Assembly: GCA_964016885.1 (NCBI GenBank)
Contig: OZ024750.1
Coordinates: 28,954,001-29,018,000 of the forward strand
Direction of reading: 5' to 3'
Length of the DNA stretch: 64,000 nucleotides
DNA from: Eledone cirrhosa
Taxonomy: Eukaryota
Notes under the pieces: model-generated
What the model was told of the DNA's origin: nothing
Databases searched by the model: none
The model's input: only the letters and a program-made list of their open reading frames with translations
Translations under genes and position numbers: made by a program
In this document: one piece after another, positions 1-12,723 of the stretch
Layout of the letters: every line of letters starts with the position of its first letter
Numbering within the stretch: position 1 is the first letter of the stretch

Positions 1-54
1 CCAGTTTACTCAGCTGGAGAAATGAAATGATAGGGACTAGGATCCTTATCATTC

Positions 55-228
55 CACTGCAAAGTGGTCGTGGAGGTGCCACAGCAAAAAAGCACCCAGC
101 ACTCACTGTAAATGAGGTTGGTGTTAGGAAGGGCATTCAGCTGTAGAAATCAAGCCAGGATCAGTTCCCGTCCCACCCTTGCAAGCAGGGAAAAAGCAGA
201 CGTAAAATGAAATGATGACGATGATGAT
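55..228 (+). mobile_element. 3' part of an RTE-associated retroposon with (TGA)n tail
   Basis: gcacccagcactcactgtaaatgaggttggtgttaggaagggcattcagctgtagaaa...gacgtaaaatg...atgatg; near copy at 21625-21892. Confidence 0.7.
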
Positions 229-319
229 ATACACACACACATATATATATATACTGATCTTACCAAGCATTCACTGAAATGGACATTAAACGATGATGAT
301 ATATATATACTGATCTTAC

Positions 320-414
320 CGAGCATTCACTAAAGTTTCTCTTGCCATCCTGGCCATAGCATCAGCTGTTTCAACAAACAATAATGACTGTTGCTCCAAA
401 AAGTTGCATATTTC
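320..414 (-). CDS. MED14: Mediator subunit 14, coding exon 4 (gene continues beyond left edge)
   Basis: ttgtag|GAA...GCT CG|gtaag; EICNFLEQQSLLFVETADAMARMARETLVNAR matches the MED14 N-terminal segment ([28 protein letters not shown]); phase fits exon 3. Confidence 0.93.
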
Positions 415-436
415 CTACAAATATGAAAATTATATC

Positions 437-3435
437 AGATACTGTACAGGTGTCACAATTGAGGTGTCAACTATATATATATAATAGATACTGTACAGGT
501 GTCACAATTGAGGTGTCAACTATATATATATAATAGATACTGTACAGGTGTCACAATTGAGGTGTCAACTATATATATATAATAGATACTGTACAGGTGT
601 CACAATTGAGGTGTCAACTATATATATATAATAGATACTGTACAGGTGTCACAATTGAGGTGTCAACTATATATATATAATAGATACTGTACAGGTGTCA
701 CAATTGAGGTGTCAACTATATATATATAATAGATACTGTACAGGTGTCACAATTGAGGTGTCAACTATATATATATAATAGATACTGTACAGGTGTCACA
801 ATTGAGGTGTCAACTATATATATATAATAGATACTGTACAGGTGTCACAATTGAGGTGTCAACTATATATATATAATAGATACTGTACAGGTGTCACAAT
901 TGAGGTGTCAACTATATATATATAATAGATACTGTACAGGTGTCACAATTGAGGTGTCAACTATATATATATAATAGATACTGTACAGGTGTCACAATTG
1001 AGGTGTCAACTATATATATATAATAGATACTGTACAGGTGTCACAATTGAGGTGTCAACTATATATATATAATAGATACTGTACAGGTGTCACAATTGAG
1101 GTGTCAACTATATATATATAATAGATACTGTACAGGTGTCACAATTGAGGTGTCAACTATATATATATAATAGATACTGTACAGGTGTCACAATTGAGGT
1201 GTCAACTATATATATATAATAGATACTGTACAGGTGTCACAATTGAGGTGTCAACTATATATATATAATAGATACTGTACAGGTGTCACAATTGAGGTGT
1301 CAACTATATATATATAATAGATACTGTACAGGTGTCACAATTGAGGTGTCAACTATATATATATAATAGATACTGTACAGGTGTCACAATTGAGGTGTCA
1401 ACTATATATATATAATAGATACTGTACAGGTGTCACAATTGAGGTGTCAACTATATATATATAATAGATACTGTACAGGTGTCACAATTGAGGTGTCAAC
1501 TATATATATATAATAGATACTGTACAGGTGTCACAATTGAGGTGTCAACTATATATATATAATAGATACTGTACAGGTGTCACAATTGAGGTGTCAACTA
1601 TATATATATAATAGATACTGTACAGGTGTCACAATTGAGGTGTCAACTATATATATATAATAGATACTGTACAGGTGTCACAATTGAGGTGTCAACTATA
1701 TATATATAATAGATACTGTACAGGTGTCACAATTGAGGTGTCAACTATATATATATAATAGATACTGTACAGGTGTCACAATTGAGGTGTCAACTATATA
1801 TATATAATAGATACTGTACAGGTGTCACAATTGAGGTGTCAACTATATATATATAATAGATACTGTACAGGTGTCACAATTGAGGTGTCAACTATATATA
1901 TATAATAGATACTGTACAGGTGTCACAATTGAGGTGTCAACTATATATATATAATAGATACTGTACAGGTGTCACAATTGAGGTGTCAACTATATATATA
2001 TAATAGATACTGTACAGGTGTCACAATTGAGGTGTCAACTATATATATATAATAGATACTGTACAGGTGTCACAATTGAGGTGTCAACTATATATATATA
2101 ATAGATACTGTACAGGTGTCACAATTGAGGTGTCAACTATATATATATAATAGATACTGTACAGGTGTCACAATTGAGGTGTCAACTATATATATATAAT
2201 AGATACTGTACAGGTGTCACAATTGAGGTGTCAACTATATATATATAATAGATACTGTACAGGTGTCACAATTGAGGTGTCAACTATATATATATAATAG
2301 ATACTGTACAGGTGTCACAATTGAGGTGTCAACTATATATATATAATAGATACTGTACAGGTGTCACAATTGAGGTGTCAACTATATATATATAATAGAT
2401 ACTGTACAGGTGTCACAATTGAGGTGTCAACTATATATATATAATAGATACTGTACAGGTGTCACAATTGAGGTGTCAACTATATATATATAATAGATAC
2501 TGTACAGGTGTCACAATTGAGGTGTCAACTATATATATATAATAGATACTGTACAGGTGTCACAATTGAGGTGTCAACTATATATATATAATAGATACTG
2601 TACAGGTGTCACAATTGAGGTGTCAACTATATATATATAATAGATACTGTACAGGTGTCACAATTGAGGTGTCAACTATATATATATAATAGATACTGTA
2701 CAGGTGTCACAATTGAGGTGTCAACTATATATATATAATAGATACTGTACAGGTGTCACAATTAGAGGTGTCAACTATATATTAGATACTGTACAGGTGT
2801 CACAATTAGAGGTGTCAACTATATATATATAATAGATACTGTACAGGTGTCACAATTAGAGGTGTCAACTATATATTAGATACTGTACAGGTGTCACAAT
2901 TAGAGGTGTCAACTATATATATATAATAGATACTGTACAGGTGTCACAATTAGAGGTGTCAACTATATATTAGATACTGTACAGGTGTCACAATTAGAGG
3001 TGTCAACTATATATATATATATATATATTAGATACTGTACAGGTGTCACAATTAGAGGTGTCAACCATAATTATGAGATACTGTACAGGTTCCACAATTG
3101 CAGGTATCAACTATATATTAGATACTGTACAGGTATCACAATTAGAGGTGTCAACCATAATTATATGAGATACTGTACAGGTACCACAATTGCAGGTATC
3201 AACTATATATTAGATACTGTACAGGTATCACAATTAGAGGTGTCAACCATAATTATATGAGATATTGTACAGGTATCACAATTAGAGGTCAGCTATAATT
3301 ATATCAGATACTGTACAGGTATCACAATTAGAGGTGTCAACCATAATTATATGAGATATTGTACAGGTATCACAATTAGAGGTGTCAACTATAATTATAT
3401 GAGATACTGTACAGGTACCACAATTAGAGGTGTCA
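437..3435. repeat. 49-bp minisatellite filling MED14 intron 3
   Basis: Unit agatactgtacaggtgtcacaattgaggtgtcaactatatatatataat; about 47 identical copies, then degenerate copies. Confidence 0.97.
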
Positions 3436-3617
3436 TACTTATGTCAAAATATTGTTCTCAAAATAAATAATATCAAAATCTTGTAGATTTGATATTATGC
3501 AAGATAATTATGTGAAGTAAGGCCTTTACCATAAAAATATAATAGTAAATATAAAGTAATGTCAATGCTAAAGGGTTAAAAGAGAGAATTCATATGACTA
3601 ATGATTTCAGTATTTAC

Positions 3618-3723
3618 CCCGCATTTGTCGACTTTACTGGCACTGTTAGCCCATTTCACCAAGGCCAAGAGACGAACAAATAACTGGCGGGTTCTCTGTG
3701 AAAACTGGACAATCTCAATTTTT
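3618..3723 (-). CDS. MED14: Mediator subunit 14, coding exon 3
   Basis: tacag|A AAA ATT...TGC GGG|gtaaat; KIEIVQFSQRTRQLFVRLLALVKWANSASKVDKCG is the MED14 signature. Confidence 0.96.
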
Positions 3724-4229
3724 CTGTAATAAAGAAAAATAATAAAAATTAATATCAAACAAAATGGAATATCTACGCAGCATATGTATGTATATGGATG
3801 ACTGAAGATGCACGTGTGTTTTTTCTCTTAATTTTTTTCTGGTCCTTCCTCTTCTTACTCTCTATCTTCCTATTTCATCTTTTATTTCTCATTCTATCTT
3901 CTGATGAAGGGCTAGTGTCCTAAGTGTTAAGACTCTTTCCCTATTATTTCAAGTATTAAACTAATATATTTCTTCATTCTACTGTGTCATTTGCTTTATT
4001 ATTTCTGTTTACGTTTTACATACATATAATATTTTTGGCAAATCCAAAGTTACTGAGTTGTTCTCTTAACTATCGAAAGTTACTTCAAATCTAACTCTAA
4101 TATTACTGAAAATGTATTAACAATAAAATAATTAAACAAGTTGTGTAAATTACCCTTGGAGATGGGGAAAAACATGGGCAGAGACACCATTAAGAATTGA
4201 GTCATGTCCAATATTATTATTTTGCAACA

Positions 4230-4612
4230 AAGGGCAGTATCAGTTGAGCGTCAGACAACATGGTTTGCAGCATAGAGTTACGACCCTTTACGTTCTGAGT
4301 TCAAATCCCGCCAAGGTTAGCTTTGCCTTTCATCCTTAAAGGGGGTCAATAAATAAAGCACCAGTAATGTACTGAGGTCAATATAATCAACCCCCCCGTG
4401 CCTAAATCAGAAATCATTATTTTACAACAAAGGACAGAGGATCGGTAAAATCGGTTGAGCATCAGACAACATGCTTTGTGGTATATAGTTACAGCCGTTT
4501 ACATTGTGGTATATAGTTACAGCCCTTTACATTGTGTTTATATCCAGCTAAGATTAGCTTTGCCTTTCATTCTTATGGGGTCGATAAAATAAAGTACCAG
4601 TAATACACTGGA
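4230..4612 (+). mobile_element. Two tandem tRNA-derived SINE copies
   Basis: B-box GAGTTCAAATCC and conserved core ctttgcctttcatcc...ggggtcgataaaataaagtaccag. Confidence 0.75.
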
Positions 4613-4699
4613 AATAGTTATAACTATTTTGGGACAGAATTGTGGGATTTTCTTCTTTTGTTTTTAAACATTAAAGTTTATTCCAGGGTTAAATAAAAC

Positions 4700-5110
4700 T
4701 ATGCAAGAAGTTATATAGTTATGACTGATCACATACAGAAGTTATATAGCTAAGATTGATCATATACAGAGGTTAAATAGTTACAACTAATTGTATAAAG
4801 AAGTTATATAGTTACAACTGATCATATAAAGAAGTTATATAGTTACAACTGATCATATATAGAAGTTATATAGTTATGACATTGTATAAAGAAGTTATAT
4901 AGCTATGACATTGTATAAAGAAGTTATATAGCTATGACATTGTATAAAGTTATATAGCTATGACACTGTATAAAGAATTATATAGTTATGACATTGTATA
5001 AAGAAGTTTTATAGTTATGACTGATCATATAAAGAGGTTATATAGTTACGGTTGATCATATAGAGGTTAAATAGTTACAACTGATCATATACAGAAGTTA
5101 TATAGTTGTG
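4700..5110. repeat. Degenerate ~31-33 bp tandem repeat
   Basis: Recurring agaagttatatagtta... Confidence 0.8.
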
Positions 5111-5237
5111 ATTTATTATCCAGTGACTCATCATATCAAAGGAATAAAAGAACAGTCTAGAGGAAATGGTCACCAATAACTTTTCTTTTCAAGACAATAA
5201 ATATTAGAAAAAGAAGAAAAAAACATGTTTTATTTAC

Positions 5238-5264
5238 CGTTCCATATCTGATTTTCTGGGAAGC
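5238..5264 (-). CDS. MED14: Mediator subunit 14, 27-nt coding micro-exon 2
   Basis: polypyrimidine tract + ccag|G CTT CCC AGA AAA TCA GAT ATG GAA CG|gtaaat = LPRKSDMER; phases join exons 1 and 3 in frame. Confidence 0.92.
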
Positions 5265-5717
5265 CTGGAGAATAAAAGAAATAGTGGAGATTATTGACCA
5301 GTAATATATTGTCTTTAAATAAGTTATAACAAAAACTAACACAGCACAACAAACATTTTAACCCTTTCATGGCTGCATTTCTAATGAAAGACAGTTTAAT
5401 TAATTAAGTATTTTGAAGGATTTACTAAAATTATTGATAACTTCATTACTAACATAGTAACTTAATGTAAGGTTCTTATATAGAATTACGTTGAAAGATA
5501 TTAATTTAAATTGGAAACCTTTAAAATGGGTGCTTTTATTTCATAGAACCAGAACTGGTTTTGGCCAGGTTGGTAACTAAGGGGTTAAGACCATTGTCTC
5601 TGTTAAAGGGAATGTATGTATATAAAATATATGTATATAGTTTGACAGCACAGATATACACTTAAAAAGTAGATATAAATAAAATAAGAATAAGTTATTA
5701 TTAAATAATATAAGGAC

Positions 5718-6160
5718 CACAGATTTGCAGAGTCTTCCATTAGGGTGTCAGACAAATGCTTAGCAGTATTTGTTCTGGCTCTTTTCATTCTGAGTTCAAA
5801 TCTCACCAAAGTTAACTTTGCTTTTCATCCTTCTGAGGTCAATAAAATAAAGTACTCGTTAAGTACAGAATCAAGATAATTGACTTTCTTCTCCCCTCAA
5901 ATGGCAGCCCTTGTGCCTAAATTGGAAATCATCATTAAGGGTGGTGGATTGGCAGAATCATTAGAGAGTTGCACAAATGTTTAACAGTATCCCTTCTGGC
6001 TCTTCATAGTCTGAGTTCAACTTGGTCTTTCATCCTTTTAGTTAAATAATGGGGTTGATAAAATAAATTACTAATCAAGAACTCAGCTCGATATAATCAA
6101 CTTTCTCTTCCCCCCCCACAAAAAAAATACTGGCCTTGTGCCTATGTTAAAAAAAATTAT
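5718..6160 (+). mobile_element. Two tandem tRNA-derived SINE copies
   Basis: tggcagaatc...ctgagttcaa...tttcatcct...ggccttgtgcct; same family as 4230. Confidence 0.75.
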
Positions 6161-6169
6161 TAAACAACA

Positions 6170-6545
6170 ATACGGCCGAAATGGGGGTTCCTTCGAAGGC
6201 TCTTTGAAGTAATGTTACTCGATAAAGTGCATAGCTCAGAGATCAGAGAGCCACTCCAGGCAGAGCTGCTATTTCTCCGAATTGAGAGATCACAGCTCCG
6301 ATACTACGGGCATGTGGTTAGAATGTCTCAGGAAAGAATCACTGAACAGATTTTACAGGCAAAATCTACAGGTAGAAGACCCAGAGGTAGACCCTGAGTA
6401 AGATGGTTGGATAACATCCATGAGCTTGGCTGGTCACGCTTGGGGATCTAGCTGGATCAGTTGGAAATGGTTGCTTCTGACAGGACCCGCTGGAGGGAGT
6501 GTTTGAGGACTCTGCCCCCATGACCCTCTCAGGAATAAGTGGCCG
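6170..6545 (+). mobile_element. RTE-type LINE 3' fragment
   Basis: IERSQLRYYGHVVRM...GRRPRGRP, the RTE C-terminal motif; inverted relative at 11615-11945. Confidence 0.8.
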
Positions 6546-6584
6546 AGGCAGAATAAAAAGAAATAGAACAATATGGACACTTAC

Positions 6585-6727
6585 AATTCTGATAGTACGG
6601 ACATTTCGGCATAAGTTCTTTGAATAATATAGTCAATGAGAGTGTTAAGAGCAATACTTCCACCTCCACTGCCTCCCCCTTGTGATGGACCAGTCGGCAT
6701 AGGGAGCTGACTGTCAATGGGAGACAT
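6585..6727 (-). CDS. MED14: Mediator subunit 14, first coding exon
   Basis: ATG at 6727; MSPIDSQLPMPTGPSQGGGSGGGSIALNTLIDYIIQRTYAEMSVLSEL then gtaagt; acceptor ttccag at 6759-6760 implies an upstream non-coding exon. Confidence 0.9.
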
Positions 6728-8703
6728 CTTGAAAATTCAAAGATACAGCAACTCACAGCTGGAATAGAAAGAAATATAGATTAGATTTAATATCAGGAAA
6801 ATTGTAAGCCTTTTAAATACGCCAAAATATAAAGTTAAAATCATAGAACAAATATACTGTATATGCCAGCGTACAAGTCGGACCGACACATAGGTCGACT
6901 CCTAAAATTCTGAGGTGTAATTCAGGTTTAGGCCTATATTCACTGGATAAGGTGCTCCAAGTACACACTGTAAAATGGTTGGCATTAGGAAGAGCCTCCA
7001 GCCATAAAAACCAAACCCAAAACAGAACATACAAGCAAAGCAGTCACCTGACTAGTCAAGCCTCAGCAAGCATGAAAAATAAACAATTTTGCATCAAAAA
7101 AACAAAAATTATAATTTTAGTTAATTAAATATCTAAACTAGTCCCATGGCTTTTGGTAAATATCTTCCTTTCTAAAACTCTGTTTCCTCACCAGTAATTA
7201 GAATAAAGAAGGGCTCCGCAAGGTTTAAGAAATGCCCTAGAAACATTGTATCTCAATACAGCATTCCTACGACTGAGAGTTACAGGACCATACATACATA
7301 ACAGCAATGGCTACTAAGTGTTTTGGGGGTCCAATCCTCCTGACAAAGCCATTACAAAAACCAAAAATAGAAAAATAAAAGCTATAAATGTTCTTTAAGC
7401 CCCAAGTCAACCTTGATCAACTGACTGACCTATGGTCAAAACTAATCTGGCCATTACCATTCTGTCTTTTGTTTTATATCTAAGACTAACTAGACTTCTG
7501 TGGAGTATGTTTTGAGGTAGAATTGGCTGTTATTTTTATATATCTTAAACTAAACAGACCAATGTGTCCTTCCTTTTGTGGAGTGTGTTTTGAGGTAGAA
7601 TTGGCTGTTATTTTTATATCTTAAACTAAATAGACCAATGTGTCCTTCCTTTTGAGGTAGAATTGGCTGCTATTTCTAGCAGATAAAACAACCTGAATTC
7701 TTTCCTTGTTGACACATGATAAATTCTTACTCTATCAGTAATAAGTATATCTATCTTCAAATTATTGTTTGGCCCAGGGTCAACCCTAATTGAGCAGATC
7801 CATGATTAAAAGCGTACCTGACATGACCACCCTGAGTTTTGTTTTGTTTTAGACATTATGTATCTTGGACCACATTATCCAATATGTGTAGTTGGCTCGT
7901 CTATTTTTAGATTCTTTACAAACCGGCTTCGCTCTCATGCTTTACTGTCTGACAGTTTTGCCATCTGGAGTAGAATGTCTATCAAAGAATTCCACCACAT
8001 TATACCATCTGTAATGGATTCAAGATGTCCCATAATAAACAGAATCTTTTTTTTTCTTTTTACTTTATTTCTAATAACCATGCCCTAAATAGTTGTAGGC
8101 CTGATTCCATCATACTTCGTAAACAAAACAAAAAAGAAGGAAAACAGTAAGAAAATAACCGGTGACATTTAAGTAAACTAAATTTAAGGTAAAATTATTA
8201 TAGGAGGTTGGAATGTGACGGCCAATTTCTTTTATAGAATGAAGAAAAAAATCTGTTTTTAATAAAGACTCGTTATTTCCGGTACCTCACCCGGTTCCAA
8301 CCAACTTTAGGTAAACCTATCATTAAAGACATTCCAGTCGTGACCATACTATTTATTTGTTTGATTTTAAAGAAATATGCGTACATGAGAACTACAATAT
8401 TCATGTTTTCTTTTTAATTTGGTTTGATTTTTTTTTTTTAATAATAGAGTATAGTTTGAGGGAGACTTGGCTACATTTTCTAGCAAGACCAGAGAGCACG
8501 TATGCTGCTGCTTTCGTTAGTTTGCTAATGTGGACATGTTTGTGTTTTGTGACAATCATCTTCACATAAGCATTTTACCAAGCTTTTTAAAAGCATTCTT
8601 ACAATGTGTATAGCCGTATATTTTCAGAGCTAATGAAAAATAAAATAAGGAAACAAAACAAGACTACAGGTATTTAACAAACAAATCTACGATGTTAAAA
8701 TAC

Positions 8704-9420
8704 CTTGTGAGGTATAATTAAAGACCGGCCGTAGTTGACTAAGATCCTAGAGAGTCGAACCTGCGACCCAGATTTGAATCTCAAATGAAACAATTTAACA
8801 TCATTTATGTTATTTATGTATCTCTAGAAAGGCGTGAACATCAAATAATCTCATTTCTCCTTAGCTATTTCTTATTAATCTAAAGAACCTCAATACATGT
8901 CATCATTACACGAACTTTGAAGACATAACAAATAATAAACATATTGAAACCATATCCATTCACCGCTAGTTTTCTATTTAACCGAAAACTAATCAGCCTG
9001 GGTTGTTAATTAAAGTATTTACAATAGCTTGATAATGCTATAAATTCGAAATATATATATATAAATAAATACATATATATATAAAGGATAAGAACATACC
9101 GTGGTATTAAAAAAAATGTGCTGTACATCCGCTGGCGAGGATGTTAAACTGCGATGGCTCGCACTGATGGCGGCTAGTGGGGTACAAGTACCGCCACCTG
9201 CTGGGGGGAGGGGAAATAGTTTATTAATCAAGGGGAGAAAACTTGTTATTATTTACTCTTCGTCTCTCATCATGTAAGTAGTGCTCTTTGTTGTCTTTGC
9301 AGAACTTATATTAAATATTGGATATTTATAATGAATGTAAAACTATTTCGCTTCTTACTTATTTATGTTCTTTGTTATACTGGTTTTATGATACATTCAA
9401 CATATTAGATACCTTAGATA
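8704..9420. promoter_or_regulatory. Probable bidirectional promoter between MED14 (-) and the unrecognised gene (+)
   Basis: Repeat-poor and relatively CpG-rich; minus-strand donor CAAG|GTATTT at about 8703 (candidate MED14 5'UTR exon); CTCF-type motif CCAGCAGGTGGCGG on - at 9191-9204. Confidence 0.5.
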
Positions 9421-9473
9421 ATGTCGGAATTGGGAATTATCGTTCAGCGACGATTGCTGCAGTTTCGAAGGAA
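9421..9473 (+). CDS. Unrecognised gene, putative coding exon 1 (MSELGIIVQRRLLQFRRK)
   Basis: ATG followed by 17 codons + AA|gtaaat; the phase-2 end matches the phase of the 12724 exon. Confidence 0.55.
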
Positions 9474-9869
9474 GTAAATCGCAAAATAACACTTTTTTTA
9501 ATTTCTACATATTCTTATTTTCTACACTATATATAAAATTCTTCACATTATTAACACCAGTTAAATATAAATACTACTGTACTGTAGTTCCGGTTTTATG
9601 AGTTTACTTTCACTTCTTTGATAGTTTACGTTGCCGTTGTTTAACATTCTAAAAAAGGATTTAACCTCAAATATTTACTTCTTCGTAATTTAATCTGATT
9701 GAAAAATCGATGTGTAACCAATTGGATATTTTTGGTTAAATTGTTCTATTAGACTCGTCGCAGGTAGTTAGTTAATATATTTTATTACAATTTTGAAGAT
9801 AATTTGTGATAATTTGTGATTTGATTGAATATGGTTTGCAAACATACCATCGATTTTAGGACGTCACAG

Positions 9870-10440
9870 TTAGTGACTCTTTTGCTTCTTCCCACATTCT
9901 GGATGCTGCAGTTGTGGCGAGAGCTACACCTTCACCACCCGAACGGAACACAATCCTAAAATACCGTGATCTGTCGGCCAATTACATTTTAGAGCCTATG
10001 GAGACTATCTTCACAGGCGGCTCGCCTAACTGGTGAATTCTTTCCATGTTAAATTCTTACTCTATCAGTAATAAGCATATCTATATACAAATTATTGTTT
10101 GGCCCAGGGTCTAATTGAGCAGATCTATGATTAAAAGCGTTCTAGCCATGACCACCCTGAGTTTTGTTTTAGGCATTATGTATCTTGGACCACATTATCC
10201 AATATGTGTAGTTGGTTCGTCTATTTTTAGATTCTTTACAAACCGGCTTCATTTCTCAGAGGTAACTGCTGAAGCACGCGAAGACGCTTGGTTGTTCCAG
10301 CGTATCAGCCTCGCCATCACCTCAGGTAACACTGCCAGTGTGCTGGCTTGCCTCAAAAAATATTAGAGAGCTTTTCCAGTGCTCCTCGCGATACTGTTAT
10401 CTTTTACTCTGGTAGTGGCTCGGTTGTCCAGCTCTTTCCC
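9870..10440 (+). mobile_element. CRE-clade (RLE) non-LTR retrotransposon 3' remnant interrupted by a local duplication
   Basis: KYRDLSANYILEP...ET and EVTAEAREDAWLFQRISLAITSGNTASVLACL resemble the CRE C-terminus (FQRLSxAxxRGNA). Confidence 0.7.
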
Positions 10441-10579
10441 TTTTGTTGTATGTGGTCCTAGATGTGTGTATGACCTGCTTGTGAGTTGTATGTGGTCCTA
10501 GATGTGTGTATTACCTGCTTATGTGTTTGTTTTTTCTCTTGCTTTTCCTTTTTCTTTTTTTCCTTTCCTTTTCCTTTGT

Positions 10580-11247
10580 ATAATAATAATGAAATTATTG
10601 TGTACAGTGCTCAGGCGCACTACAACTCATCAAAGTGCATGTATAGTACATAGAATAATGTACAAATGTCAGGAAAATGAACAGTGTACTAGTCATGAAA
10701 TACATGTATGCGTGAGTATGGAGGTTTTAAAGGATGCAGTGTCTCGACAGCTAACAACTGATGCCGGGAGTTTGTTCCATGCTTCAGCAACTCTGAGCGT
10801 GAAAAAATGTTTCCGAAAGTCATGGGAGCTGTGCTGTTTTCTGACTTTGTAGGCATGCCGACATGTGTTAGACACGTGGAAATCTAAAAGGGGCTCAGGG
10901 TTGTTGTTGGCAAGATTGTTAATGATTTTGTGGGTGTTTACCAAGTCAGTTGCCAGACATCAGAGCTTCAATGTATCCATGCCCAGGGAAGCAAGGCGCT
11001 CAGAGTATGGTAGATGCCTGATGGAGGGTATTCACTTAGTTGCACGTCTCTGAACAGTTTCCAGGCAGTCAATGTTCTGAGCAAGATAGGTGATGCAAAT
11101 TCTAAGTTTGACCGCACCATAGCTATATACAGCTTAAAATAGATAGCTGGAGAGCGGCTGACAAAGGTCTTGCTGAGTGATGCTAAGACACCCTCGGCCT
11201 TCTTGACAATTTTAGAGATGTGCTTCGTTCAACACAAATCACTGCTT
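10580..11247 (-). mobile_element. CR1-type LINE 3' fragment
   Basis: RKHFFTLRVAEAWNKLP motif, degraded upstream RT C-terminus, (TTA)n tail. Confidence 0.85.
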
Positions 11248-11296
11248 TTTCATTAAAACCACAAGAAAATCGATTTAAAAAATTAACTCTTTTTTT

Positions 11297-11495
11297 AATA
11301 ATTGTTTCTACTTTTGGCACAAGGCCAGCAATCATTCCAGTGTATTACTGGTACTTTATTTTATCGACCTCGTAAGGATGAAAGGCAAAGTTAACCTCGG
11401 CGGGATTTGAACCCAGACCACAAAGGGTCGTAACTCTTTGCTGCAAAGCATGGCGTCCGACCCTCTACTGATACTGCCAATCCACCGCCCTTTTT
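11297..11495 (-). mobile_element. tRNA-derived SINE
   Basis: Reverse complement of the 4230 family; sisters at 12395-12585, 22192-22384, 26152-26375, 26515-26705 (all -), 29210-29386 and 63580-63672 (+). Confidence 0.8.
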
Positions 11496-11614
11496 AATAA
11501 TAAGCATGAGTAATATTTTTATTTATTTCTTATTCTTCTTTTTCTTTTTTCTTTTCTTTTTTCCTTCTCTTTCTTTTTCCACTTCGCCTCCTCCTCCTCC
11601 TCCTTTGCCCACTT

Positions 11615-11945
11615 AATCCTGGGAAGGTCATGGGGGCAGTGTCATCAAACAACCCTTCCAGCAGGTCCTGTCAGAAGCAACTGTCTCTTACTGATCTGGC
11701 TAAATCCCCAAACAAAGATGTTATCCAACCATCTTGCTCTGGGTCTCTTGCCAGTTGGTTTTGCCTGTAAAATCTGTCCAGTGATTTTTTCCTGAGACAT
11801 TCTAACCACATGCCCATAGTATCAGAGCTGTGATCTCTCAATTCAGTGAAGTAGCAGCTAGCTCTACCTGGAGTAACTCTCTTATCTCCGAGCTATGCAC
11901 TCTATTGAATAACATTACTCCAAAGATCCTTCAGAGGAACCCCAT
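11615..11945 (-). mobile_element. RTE-type LINE 3' fragment
   Basis: Reverse-complement similarity to 6170-6530. Confidence 0.8.
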
Positions 11946-12723
11946 TTATTTGTATGTTTAAATGTCTTCACTTCCTTACTAATCATTCCTTATGTCACCA
12001 CCATAAATGAAACTTAAGGGTCAGTCTGTCTTATGGTTCCGGCCAACGGAATAGAGAAGGCTTTGAGGATAGTGAGGAAGATGTGCTGGAACAGCCATTT
12101 GTTGGAAAATTAACTCTCTTTTTCATAAGAACCCAATCACCCTCACCCTCCCCATTCTTCTGTGGCACTAGAATCCTTGCCATTCCCTTCCTTTTCCGTT
12201 TTTTTTTTCTTTTTTCTTTATATTTTCCTATTTTACATTCCATTCTTTCTTCTCAACCCTTTTTCTCTTTTTCTATTAAACTGTATTTACATGATATATT
12301 CCATAAATAAATTATTATTCTGGCTACTAACATGGTTGAATGTATGAGTTATTTGTTTGAAAATTTAACTCTTTTTAATAATTGTTTCTACTTGTTTCTA
12401 CTTTTGGCACAAGGCCAGCAATTCCCCAGTGTATTACTGATACTTTATTTTATCAACCCCATAAGGATGAAAGGCAAAGTTAACCGGGCAGGATTTGAAC
12501 TCAGAACGTAAAGAGCCATAACTCCTATGCTGCAAAGCATGGTGTCTGATGCTTCTACCGATACTGCCAAACCACTGCCCTTTTAATAATAAATATGAGT
12601 TACTTGTTTGAAAACATTCGAATGATTTTTCCCACTTACTGTACATTGTGATCTTTGTAAATTATTGAACACTTCTATAATAATTTTAAGTAAATATTCT
12701 TTTTTTTATCTTTATTTTTACAG

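Noticed and set aside
4230-4320. tRNA genes suggested by GAGTTCAAATCC boxes (here and in sister copies)
   Set aside because: They are heads of tRNA-derived SINEs and do not form a cloverleaf
9125-9204. Pistol/twister ribozyme or 18S rRNA fragment
   Set aside because: Stem-UUAAA-pseudoknot resembles pistol, but the GCG motif, P2 closure and GU site are missing; the aaactgcgatggctc similarity to 18S is too short
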